Source of the DNA: Jimgerdemannia flammicorona
Taxonomy: Eukaryota
Length of the DNA stretch: 36,673 nt
Direction: 5' to 3'
NCBI GenBank assembly: GCA_003990765.1
Contig: RBNJ01000207.1
Location: 1 to 36,673 of the forward strand
The notes beneath the pieces were generated by a model, which made no database searches, was not told the origin of the DNA, and was given only the letters and a program-made list of their open reading frames with translations. Both the position numbers and the translations under genes were made by a program. Below, piece after piece: positions 11,608-22,481 of the stretch. The stretch's first letter is position 1; every line of letters starts with the position of its first letter.

Positions 11608-14600
11608 CTATCAAGATTTCAGATATATATATATCTAGATTGTCTCAGTATTCAGTACACATCTCTTAGGGGTAATGAGATCCACTCTACCTGAGAATAT
11701 CTGCTTGACAGGAGCACTGGTGGCAGAAATTACCAAGTAGTCTTAAGCTATACCACACAGACTAGGGAAGTCTATTTGATATAACTGCAGCTATATGTCC
11801 CAGTGGATAGAGCAGTGGTTAGAATAGTAGTTAGATTGGTAGATTAAATTGGTCAAATACATACAACTAACTGCCTGTCTGACAACCCACCTTCCACTAG
11901 TTGAGTACCTCCACATCCTCTGGCAGAATCACATAGTTGCTGGTGAGATAAATAGTGAGTTCATCTATTAATGATAGCTCTTTCACTAATGGCTCCCTCT
12001 TCTTCTTTCTGCTGAAGTAAATGTGAGATAGGAGAGATCTCTTGGCATATTTGTCCAGACTTTGACCAGAATCTTATAGTGGTGTATAGTTTTTCCAGTA
12101 TGTTTTGATTATGACCCACTTGGTTCTCTCAATATAGTACTGCTCCCAGCCCTGATCTTTATGATATTGTAGCTTTAAGTAGGTCCAGCACTGTTCAGAG
12201 AAAGAGTGAGTTTTGTAGGAGTTTCTCTATTTTGGAAAGGGCAATGGCCACATGCTGACATATCTGTACTGATTGAGTATATAACAGCATCTGTTTTGGA
12301 GTAGTATTTTCTAAACTTACTTATAGCAACCTCCATGGCATCTCTCTGATCCAGGCTTAACCATAAATCACTACTATCCTCCAGCCTGTCCTTGAGCTTG
12401 TCCTCTAGTTGGTCAATCAAAAGGTTGTACATATACTAGTATTGCAGAGCAACCAACATTTTCTCTTTGAATGTGAATGGGCTTAGGGGATCTGGGCAGC
12501 ATAAGAACATTTTTAATTGGCTCAGGGGATTGGAGGCCAATCTTTTTTTACTGCAGGATATTCAGTGTAAGGATGAGGATGATCAGGTTGAGTGGACTAG
12601 AGAATGGGGTGGGGCTACTGCTTGGTTTGGAAAAGTGGTGATTCTGGTGAGGAAGGGTAGAGGTGACTTGGGGGGTATTGGAAGCTGGGGTGATCGCTTG
12701 GTCTGGGGAGATTGGCATTGGCTGGGGTGAGAGTCAGTGAGGGTTGGCTCTTGCTACTGCCCTGTGGTTAGGGGTGAGCAGATTGCATGGATTAAGGAGC
12801 TGCTGGAGGAGGGTATTCTCTTGAAGGAAGGGGTTGATGTGCTTGGGGGGGACTTTAATATGGTTTGGGATCAGCATCTGGACCAAACTGATAGTGGGAG
12901 GAGTGTAGGAGGGAGAAGTGGAGGCCTGGATACTACATAGGAGGAGGTGGAGTGGCTGAGCTCCTTAGGGGATATGGGCAGAACACAATAGGGCAATTCC
13001 AGGGTCTACACACATTGGGTGAATGGCTTAGGTACAAGGATTGACTAGATTCTGATAGCAGAATACTGGGGGTCTGATGTCTGGAAGTTATTGGAGGTGG
13101 AATGGTGCCCATGGTCTGATCACTGGAGACTGTTAGGACAGGGGCAGTTTGGGGGAAGTGGAGATGGACCCAGACATTGGTGCCTTAACTCCTCCCTGCT
13201 GGCTGAGAAGGAGTTGTGGGATTCATGGATAGAGGACATTCAGGTGAAGTTGCTTGCTGGAGGTGTGAGGGTTTGTCTGTGAGTGTCCATTGGATGAGAT
13301 TGAAAGAGGCTGCGAGGGTCTATTGGGGAGGGGCTGGGAGAGAAGCTGGGAGGTAGAGGAGGAAGTATATGAGGTGTGCTTCCAACAGGCTGAGGAGATT
13401 GCAAATGGATTGGGCAGGTCTGCTTACTTCTGATGGTATAGAGGATTGGAGGTTAGCATGGATTAAATTGGAGATTATGGAATTGCAACAGGTATTGAGA
13501 GAAGAGGAGGAGGTGCATATATAAGATATGACTGCTAGGCTAAGGTGGCAGAGGCTTGAAGAGGGTGAGAGGCCTACTAGATATTTATCCCATCTGCTCA
13601 ATGCTAGGAGGGTACAACATTGGTGGGATGGAGTCCTAGATGCTGATGGGGACATGGTACATGGCATGTAACAAATCTTAGAGGTTTTGAAAGAGAGATG
13701 GCAGAGTTTGTGGAGTGAGGAAGAAGGGAGTGCTGATGAAGATATATTAGGAGAATGGAGGCCACCACAAGTGGCTGGACTGGATGACTTGGCCTTGCTG
13801 GTGCAAGGTAAGAAGGTCCAGAGTATCCTTGTGGCAACTAAAACTGGAACAGCATCAGGGGAGGATGGACTACCATGGGACTTCTGGAAGAAGATAATTA
13901 AGGTCCCTGGCATTTTGGGTGAAATAACTGCTCTCTGTGATCATGTTCTTCAGAGTAGTGAGTGGGTTGGAGAGCAGGACCTCGGGCTGGTGGCTTTATT
14001 GTACAAAGACAAGGGGAGGAGAGAAGACTGAAAGAACTGGCAACTGATCATGCTTTTGGACATAGACAGGAAGATGGTGACTAAGGTGGTTGTTGCAAGG
14101 CTGCAGAAGGTTGTCCAACAGGTGCTGGGGGAGGAGCAGCAGGGCTTTGTTGGAGGCAGACTTATAAGTATTGCAGAGCTTATTGTTGGAGTCATTTATT
14201 TGACTATATTCTTCATATAATTGTCAAAACACTGGCAGTTATATGTGATGAGATATTACATTATGTGGAGATAGACAAAATGAGTATAGGGTTAGAGCAA
14301 TTACTACTTATCTCCAAAACTCTGATAATATTCCTAAGTATATCTCATATACTTTCACCTATAGCCTTGCTCTACATTTCCTTATCAGTAGCAATTATTG
14401 AATCAATTGGCTTTTTTTGTTTTATTTTTTATTTTTAAAAAAAAAAAAAAAAAAAACTTCAATTATCAGAAACAAGTTGCTTCAGCTGACTGAAAAAAAA
14501 GAATACATACTACAGAAAACTCCAGCATATGCTAGATCATTGCAAATATCAAGTTTCAATACATACAGACATCCAATATCAGCTCTTTCAGGGCTAAACT

Positions 14601-16200
14601 GATTGTCTTACACTGTATAGCAAATTTGTCTCATCATTGTAGAGACAATCAGACTAATACAATCAGTTTGTATAGCTTAAAAACTATACTCAGGGCCCCT
14701 CCTCTCTCAGATATTTTATTTATGTATATAAGATAGTTCTGAATAGCAAGATTCAGTATGTGGGCCTGGCATTGCATATGGTAGCTTTCTGTACTAAAGG
14801 CCACATTTTCTTATTTGAGACTGCCTACTAAAACTTGAAAAAATGTTAAGTTGTTGTGATATTGTCTATCATAATGGCCAAAATCTATACTTGAAATATT
14901 TGGTCAGAAAATTTATATGAAAATAAATAACCAATAAAATCTGTTTTGTTTTAAGACCTCTCTCAAAATACCAATCTGATGGCAAGTTTTCCTTTTTTAC
15001 CTTAGTTGTAATCCTAAGCTCCTGGATATAACTAATAAAAGTATCTGTGATATTTTCTCCAGAATGAGAGTCAGCAAGTTTGATGAAGTCAAGAGTGAGA
15101 GATTTAAGCTACTAATTGAGGTCAATCCAATAACTGGTAATATCCAGAAATGAAATTGCTTTGGGAGATACCTATGTATCAATTGTAAATGAAATTTTAT
15201 CTGCTAAATTCTGCTTATTGAATGTGAGATTAAATTGGTGAGCTCTTTTATAAATATATATACAATTTAGCTTGTAAAGATTATAGTACTGCTCTTATTT
15301 TATCTGAAGTATCTAGCAGAGATTGTTGTGCTCCTTCTTATAAGCCTCCAGAATATCTTTGTGAATCATGTCAGCACTTGGCAAATATAAATCATACTTG
15401 AGAAAGCCAAAGATACTATGTAATTGATTACTCTCAATAGTTGTGAATGGCTGGTCTGTATACACAATTCAGTGAATGAGCCAATTTTGAAATTCTGCCA
15501 AAGAGTATAGCTAAATATTTTTGATTAAACAGAGTTATTGATATAGAAATGATCAGGCAATCAGATAAATATACTCACTATAGCTTGGATATTGATTTTA
15601 TTTGTCTTTATATTCTTTTTGATTTTGTTAGAGTGCTTGTCTTTTATATATTGATATATGTTTGAAGTTGAACTACTAAGTATTTTGAACTTCTGACTGT
15701 GCAGTTTATGGAGATGGATGGAATATTATCATGTGTATATTAAACAAAGTATCAGTTATATTATAAGTGCATCTTAATTTTTTACCTATAATAGTTATAA
15801 ATAATATCATCTCCCATCTTAGTACAATATTATCAGATTTTAGAGCAAGAATAGTATAAAAGGTGTAGAACTATTGAGGATATTTAACTTGAAGCATTAT
15901 TAGTACTGTGAACTATTGAAGACTGATCTGTTGATATGTGTGTTTGCATATTTGTATATACATATATATATTTGTATATATGTTGTAACATAGCAGATGC
16001 TAAGATGGATGAGTATGTTGGATTTCTTTATCTTGAATTCTTGTCTTCTTGACTCCCAGAGTCAGTAGTTCCTTGAGGCCAAATGTGTTTAAAGAGGTAA
16101 TCCCAAAGGTTCTTTTATCAGTATACTTGTTCTTTTTCTAACACTTTCGATCTGAGGTTTATTCACTCAAAGATACTGGGTTATTTATACAAGTTTGCTA
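11608..16200 (-). pseudogene. hAT transposase with introns, interrupted by a LINE fragment
   Basis: TDQPFTTIES (~15450), CQAHILNLAIQ (~14770), PTISSAI|YNLLIDQLE across the LINE insert, KFRKYY...YSIST, and dimerisation domain VLN*WK|intron|FPSLCGIA*DYLVISATSAPVKQIFS...ITPKR...LKS*; 5' end approximate. Confidence 0.9.
12451..14166 (+). mobile_element. Internal LINE ORF2 fragment (copy E; endonuclease to early RT) with 13-bp TSD
   Basis: NVNGLRG, LLQD, GGDFN, WSDH, GEDGLPWDFW, QQGFVGGR; AGTATTGCAGAGC at 12438-12450 and 14167-14179. Confidence 0.92.
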
Positions 16201-16249
16201 GCTATGAGAGGGTGGCTAAGTAATAAGTAAGTCATTTGGACTTTGTCAA

Positions 16250-16350
16250 AATATTTGGACAATGTCTAAATGCTATACTAAATCAGAACGTTCAATTTGG
16301 ATAATGTCTAAAATCTTAGACAATGTCTAAGAATTTAGACAATGTTGAAA
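16250..16350. repeat. Four copies of TT(G/A)GACAATGTCTAA near the transposase 5' region
   Basis: Motif seen near 16255, 16297, 16316 and 16334. Confidence 0.7.
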
Positions 16351-16494
16351 TTGAGGACTATTAACTATAAGGCTATACTACTTTGGGACTAGGTGTGATC
16401 AAGTATCTATTCCCTATTTCCTTCTTCCAAATTTGGCTGTACTGTCACAATGTATAGTATATATATAGATGTATCTAGCATATAAGTCATGTGG

Positions 16495-16745
16495 AGGATT
16501 TGGATTAGAGGATTCAAATTGGAGGATTCAGATTGAGTAATTCAGATTGAGTGATTTAGATTGAGTAATTTGGATTAAGTAATTCAGATTGAGTAATTTA
16601 GATTGAGTAGTTCAGATTAAGTGATTTGGATAGGGTAATTCAGATAGAGTAATTCAGATGAGTGATTCAGATAGAGTGATTCAGATGAGGTGATTTGGAT
16701 TAATCTGAGTTAATTCAGATTGCTTCAGATTTGAGATTTGGATCA
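16495..16745. repeat. Right subterminal 14-bp tandem array of the hAT (TTCAGATTGAGTAA-like, more than 12 copies)
   Basis: Direct reading; resembles a deaminated TTCGGAT motif, which is intact in the adjacent MITE. Confidence 0.9.
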
Positions 16746-16804
16746 AACCATCATATGATGAATCAAATCTGGATTTGATTTAAATTGACTCATTTAGAGT
16801 ACTA

Positions 16805-17505
16805 ATGCTACCAGTCAAATACACTAGGGCCTTCCTGCCTAGCACACTTCTCAAAATACTCATTGATTGTTATATTGTTAGTAGTGCTCCGAACGAGTCA
16901 ATCCGGATGGGATTCGGATGGATTCGAATCAACCATTGTTTTGATTTCCAAATTAGATAATTAAATGGTTACATCAATAACTTGATGAATAATCATCCAA
17001 ATTTGATGATCTTGGTGTCATTTGAAAGCCCTTAATAAGGCCTTTCTAATGATACCAAAAACATTAAAATCGGATTACGTGTTGCCGAGATGTTAAGGAA
17101 AACGTTCCATTTGACGAAATTTCCAAAATCAGCAAATCAAAGAATTTCCAAAATCGGCGATTCAGATGTTTTCCTTCATAACTCAGCAATGCATAATCCG
17201 ATTTCAATGTTCTTGGTACCATTAGATAGGCCTTATTAAAGGCTTTCAAATGATACCAAGATCACAAATTTGGATGATTATTCATCAAGTTATTGATGTA
17301 AATATTTAATTGTCTAATTTGGAAATCAAAACAATGGTTGATTCGAATCCGAATCCGATTCAAATCCATCCGGATGGGATTCAATCTGAATCAATCCGAA
17401 TCCAATCCGGATTAAATTGACTCGTTAGGAGCACTAATTGTTAGTATCTTTTTTTTAAAAACAATGCTAAAAGTATTATCAGAAGTTTGTGTAATCTGAA
17501 TTGTA
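16805..17505 (-). mobile_element. 5' end of LINE copy C (16805-16881 and 17445-17505), split by the MITE
   Basis: Minus-strand ATTCAGATTACACAAACTTCTGATAATACTTTTAGCATTGTTTTT resembles the 5' UTR at 29094-29138; SVFDW*H joins ORF1 at 5988 (compare SAFGWQQ). Confidence 0.75.
16882..17436. mobile_element. 555-bp hAT-type MITE forming an almost full-length hairpin
   Basis: TIR TAGTGCTCC(G/T)AACGAGTCAAT at both ends; perfect 8-bp TSD ATTGTTAG (16874-16881 and 17437-17444); inverted arms at about 16882-17105 and 17167-17436. Confidence 0.95.
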
Positions 17506-17699
17506 TAGGAGAAAGGATGTTGCCTTTTTCTTATCTTCAGACTTAATGCTCTAAATACTTTCAGACCTTTATCTTATTAGTAAAACTTATTAGCCTCTAC
17601 TCTCCTCCATCTACATCCAGTAGCCAACTTTTACCAGGCCCATCTTATCTCTCTTTACTATCAAAAAACTCCATTCTCATATCATAACCCCTCCTAATA

Positions 17700-18900
17700 T
17701 ATTATTACTCAAAGGTCTCAGAGTCCACCCAATTCAGTATATCTATCTGAACTCTTGTATATTATTATATTGCTAGTATCTTTTCTCCAAAAACTGTATA
17801 AAAAGTATTGAAAGATATTTATATAATATGAATTATATATACTGGAGAAAGGTATACACTCAATAAGATCTCTATTAAAAATTAATATATATATACTTTT
17901 ATATATTGACAAGTTACTTAATTAAGTATATATAATACTAAAACCTTCTTACTTATCAACCTTGTATTCAGATACTATCAAATTTATATCAAAGAAGATA
18001 TTCTGAAGACAGTATCTTGAATAAGATTTAGATACTATAAATTCTGTATAATGTCTTTCAGTCTCACCAATATACTAGTAATCTTCTAGATATTAATGAA
18101 TAATATTTTTTAAGAATATTTTAGAGTATTTGTTCTAGTATATCTAAATGTCATCTTAATATATAGTATAAGTAACTCTGACTACTGATAATATCTTCAG
18201 ATAGTCTTTAATATATTCTGTAAATATGAAATTTCTATAAAGAAAAAGAAATGCCACTTCTTTAAAAAGAAAATTGAGTATCTGAGATATATTATATTGG
18301 CAAATAGAATTGCTATTGATTCAAAAAAGACTAAAGCAATCTGTAATTAAGATATTTTAAAAAGACCCTTAAGTCTCTATAAAAATTTAATAGACTAGCT
18401 GAATGCTATTGAAAATTTATCTATAATTACCTCTTTATTTATAAGTCTTTACAAAAAGAGAATCAATATTGAAAAAGAATAGATAGAAGAATATACTATA
18501 GCTATGAATATCCTCAAGAGAATACTGACTGATACACTAATTCTGATCAGTCCCAATACTATAAAACTCTTCATAGTTACTATTGATGTCTCAAATATTA
18601 CTATTGAAGCTATTCTGACTCAATATAAATACTCGGTTATATACTTACATATTTCAGAAACTAAATGAGCATAAGAAGAACTATATTACTCAAAATAAGA
18701 TCACTATAAATCTGATAATATTTCTTTCTCAGTAAAAATTTCACCCTCTGGACAGACTATTAAGCTCTCTGATATATCTAAATATAGCTAATTCTTATAG
18801 AAAGATAAGTATAATAGATATAAACCCTTGTACTCTTTGATATTAAAATCAAGTATATTACTAATGCCAAAAATAAGATAGTTGATAACTTTTATAAAGT
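17700..18900 (+). pseudogene. Heavily mutated Ty3/gypsy RT-RNase H
   Basis: LNKISIKN, YYQIYIKEDILKT...FRYYKFCIMSFSLTN (from MPFGLTN), decayed YLDD, KKCHFF...IEYL, FIVTIDVS...AILTQ, FTLWTDY. Confidence 0.85.
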
Positions 18901-19099
18901 GTTCAGAAAAATGACCTCACTACTATTAGTAATATCATTATTAGTCTATTTAAAGAAGTTAAGAAAGAATATACCAAGGATGTCAATATATAAGAGATCA
19001 CTAAGCAAATCCTTAAGAAAAGAAGTAATTCATATTATGAAAAAAGTATATAAGAATATTTCTATCTAAAATAAATAAATATATTATAATATATCAGCT

Positions 19100-20518
19100 T
19101 AATGAAAATAAATTATAAAATTAGAGCTATAATATAGATTGGTTTGAGCCTTTAGTTACTTTGTCAAAAAGTAACAAAATGTTCTAAAGTGCTGATTTAT
19201 ATATATAATATAGATAATTTTGATAGTATTTTCTAATTAGATAGAATTGGCATAATATAATAGATTTGGTAGATTTCTTAAATATAGTATATAATGTAGA
19301 TTCTTTCTAAATCAGTAGACTTCTTGAATAAAGCAGATACATAACTTAGATAATGCAGATTCTTTCTGAATTAGTAGACTTTTTAAATAAAGTAGAAAAC
19401 TTAGATAGTATAGATTCTTTCTAAATTAGCAGACTTCATCTTTATATCAAAAAATAGACTAAAGTAGAAAGTAAGCTCACAACTTCTTAGCAGTAGCTTA
19501 TTGATAGATATATCTTCTAAGTATTATAATTCTTTCTAGATTAAGTGACTTTTAGCAGATATTTCTCTTAAGTATATCAGATAATTGGCTTTTATATTTA
19601 AACCTTTCAGACTGAGGTTTATTTACTTGAATCTTTAGTATATTTTATATAGTTATAGTTGCTATCTAGTTGCTATCTGGGTAATTACAGAATATATAGT
19701 AATGCTACTTTAAGAAGAGAGTGACTAGATATATCTGCTGAAAATAGGTATATTCTTAGAGTATAGATCAATATATCTAATTTAATATATCTGGCTAATT
19801 ATATAAGTTATAGTATATATAGATAACTATACTATATTGAGTATTCATGTTATCTGGCTATATTATGTTATTTACTCATTATATTAGCTCTTACTAAAGA
19901 GTAGTCTATCCTCAGACTATCTTTTAATTATCATTATAATATCTATAGGTATCTTCTATATCTATACCTATGGTATCATCTTCTTTAATATTTGAATCAC
20001 TCTACTCTAGAGGCTTTTCTTCTTTTTCAGAGAACAGGACTTCAATATAGTTGATAATTCTCAAGTAGATGAATAGAGTCATTCTTTGGAAGTTATTTAG
20101 AGAGAACTGGCCTGAGTCAATACTGTAATATTTTAGTTATAGATTGTACAAGTTGTCTGTAGTAATGGTATTTCTTTAAGACATATTAGTAATATTGTAG
20201 ATATAAGTCTGTTTTGGAACTAAGAGATCTTATAGAAGTTAGTCAATTATATAATAGGCCTATAGTTGATAAATCTGCAGTAGATATTCTGCTAAGATGA
20301 GGTTTTCTTAATATATATATCTAAATCTACTAAAGACAGATTCTATTAATTTCTCAGAACTGAGGTAAAAAAACTGATAGAGCTTAAAAGAAGCTAAGGA
20401 TAAGGGTCTGAAGTTAGTGGTCAATCCTTTAGTTCATTGTATAAATAGTAGATATATCTTGAGATAATTGATATATATTAGAGTCCTTAGAGTATATCTA
20501 TTCATATTTTTTTTATAG
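19100..20518 (-). mobile_element. Very decayed LTR-like tract (family 3): ORF, tandem repeats and TATA-like site
   Basis: Same order as the other LTRs; about 57-bp repeat x3 at 19293-19437; TATATAAATCAGC near 19191-19203; boundaries not seen. Confidence 0.45.
19924..20430 (-). pseudogene. Third homologue of the LTR-internal ORF
   Basis: Single frame QIYQL*AYYIID*LL*DL...NITNMS*RNTITTDNLYNL aligns to QIRQISSYYQISCLLEDM...DITLMSQHQKLIVCKH*EL; acidic C-terminus. Confidence 0.6.
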
Positions 20519-20894
20519 TGTCATATAGTAATTGCTGAGTCCTTCAAATATGCCAGATTCTCTTCAAGGTATATCTTTTAAACTAACTCAAGTTTGTTAT
20601 AAGCAAGTTCTTATTGGAGTACCTTCCCAAGGTCTTATAGTCCTCAAACTTCTTATCTTTAAACTGTCTTATTATCTCTTAGATTACTTGTAAGGGATTG
20701 TATAAATTGCACTGAGAGGAACTAAATGGACTAACTTTATTTTAGAGGAAATAAGAGAGATATTTATATAAAATATAATTTAATGGTTGCTAAGATATAA
20801 AGCTAAATATAAATTCAATAACTAAAATAAAATACCAGGACAGAAAAAACTGCTAAGTTCCAGGGTCAGCACTAATGGTTGTATAGATTCAGGA

Positions 20895-21020
20895 TGCTGA
20901 TATAATTCAATATCACATCAGAATGCCAGTGCTAGTATTATTCAGTATTACATCAGAATGTCAGTGCTAGTATTATTCAGTGTTACATCAGAATACTAGT
21001 ACTGGTATTATTCAGTATAA
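20895..21020. repeat. 35-bp tandem repeat x3.5 in U3 (also at 28157-28281)
   Basis: Unit similar to GCTGGYATTATTCAGTATTACATCAGAATGCCAGT. Confidence 0.9.
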
Positions 21021-21029
21021 CCAAGGGAC

Positions 21030-21875
21030 TTAAAGTAGAATATTCAAGATCATAGGGTCTTCATCATCAGAGGTCAGAATGTCTTCAAAGGAGATGAGGT
21101 CTGCAAATTTGTTGTCATCACATAGGTTACATATTTTGCATACTTTGCATGCTTTGTCATGCATCTCATGTATGTCATGTGGGATGACATCATCGCTGAT
21201 GATGTCATTATGTTCAATAGTGGAAAGGAGGTCTGGGGCTCTCCAGTCTATAAGGTTCTCTTCTACAAAATAGAGAACAAATGTGGGATCTTGGAGAGGT
21301 CTAACCTGGATGCTTGGGCCTTGGAATACTGAGATCAATTCTTGCAAGAATTGGTCTGGGTTGTCCTGGAGAATGGGATACCAGAAGTCTTCTACTTCAT
21401 CACTACTGAGGGTGATAGTGGACTGGGCTTCTGTAGCCACCCTGGCTTCTAGTACATTGATATGGTGAGATAACAGGTCTCTGAAATCTGAGACTCTAAC
21501 ATACTCCAAGTTAGGGATCAACCATGGTGCATGCCTGAAGATCTGATAGATCTTCTTAACTATCCTTGTTTTGTATATATCTATGGAAGTAGTATCTTGT
21601 AGCTCTTGAGTGCTGGCCTGTGGGAACTCCCAGCAAAGAAGATTTCCTATTTCATATTCCTGTCACATTTGGAGGCATTCAGTAGTAATAGTGATCCTAG
21701 TTTCTATTTCATGGTAGTAGAGGATATAGTAATAAAGGTCACCAGTACCCAGATTGACACTAGGAGTCCTTCTTGAGCAGATCCTCATAGCTCTTCTGAT
21801 GTTTTGGAACATCCTTTCTTTGACCGAGATGCCTTGGTGGTTCCTTGACCTTGAGGTTTGGTGAGTAGCAGACAT
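21030..21875 (-). pseudogene. LTR-encoded 281-codon ORF of unknown function with one internal stop
   Basis: Track ORFs 21663-21875 and 21030-21521 are in the same frame and the 47 codons between them are open; the only internal stop is TGA at 21665-21663. Confidence 0.8.
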
Positions 21876-22117
21876 TTCATTTGTAATGAGTCTTTGAGCT
21901 ATTTTGGGATTGGTGGGTCTTGTTGGTTGCTATTACTGTAGTTCCTTGATCCTTCTTTTATATTTCTCAAGATGCTTATACTGTGATCACAATGACTCAC
22001 AGTTGGTCATCATTGCTCATCTCATATGCTATATAATCTTCTTGTGCTCTGATCTGATGGCTTATAAGAAAAGACTGTCTCCTGTGCTGATGTCATTATT
22101 CTGGAGTCACTGTTACA

Positions 22118-22127
22118 TCTTTCTCCT
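22118..22127 (-). promoter_or_regulatory. Polypurine tract
   Basis: Minus-strand AGGAGAAAGA directly before TGTAAC of the 3' LTR. Confidence 0.75.
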
Positions 22128-22481
22128 GAATAAGAATCTTCTCAAGTATCCTTATTCATTGGTCCAGTTCTGAAAAATTTGCTGATCCCATAACCTCTGG
22201 CAAGGGGTCGAAAAGTGGTATTTATGAGCTGGTGTCTTCCCTTTGTATTTTGGTCTGATGGTGAAGGGTTGCTCCCTTCATATAGAGCAAGGGCCTGATT
22301 CTGATCTTGACCAATCAGTTGACAGTTTGAACTCCTCTGGCTTTGAAAGTCTCACAGATGAGTAGTTGCTGATGCTGTATCTCTTAGAGAATGGTCCAGA
22401 TAGATAGCCTGCTGGTCATGAGATATGCTGTTATGATTCGCAAACTAGAACCTTACAGGTAGTCATTATGTTTTACTTCTC

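Larger units (their letters stand above)
5989..16804 (-). mobile_element. hAT DNA transposon with nested insertions and cargo
   Basis: TIRs TAGTGCTCCAAAC... (5989) and ...ATTTAGAGTACTA (16804); 8-bp TSD ATGCTGCC (5981-5988) / ATGCTACC (16805-16812); subterminal GATT repeats at both ends; LINE ORF1 reads through when the element is removed; internal hAT transposase. Confidence 0.85.
20519..22117 (-). repeat. 3' LTR, 1599 bp
   Basis: Plus-strand TGTCA...TGTTACA (TG...CA ends); colinear with 27780-29074. Confidence 0.92.

Noticed and set aside
14437..14456. A20 run as another retroposed tail
   Set aside because: No convincing TSD; could be a simple homopolymer in a transposase intron
16495..16745. 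Telomeric repeat
   Set aside because: A 14-bp degenerate unit just inside the hAT TIR and related to the MITE subterminal motif
21120..21165. Cys cluster CKVCKICNLC in the LTR ORF as a metal-binding motif
   Set aside because: The 5' LTR reads CEVYKIHNLC; TGT versus CAT points to an ancestral CGT (Arg), so at least one Cys is a deamination artefact
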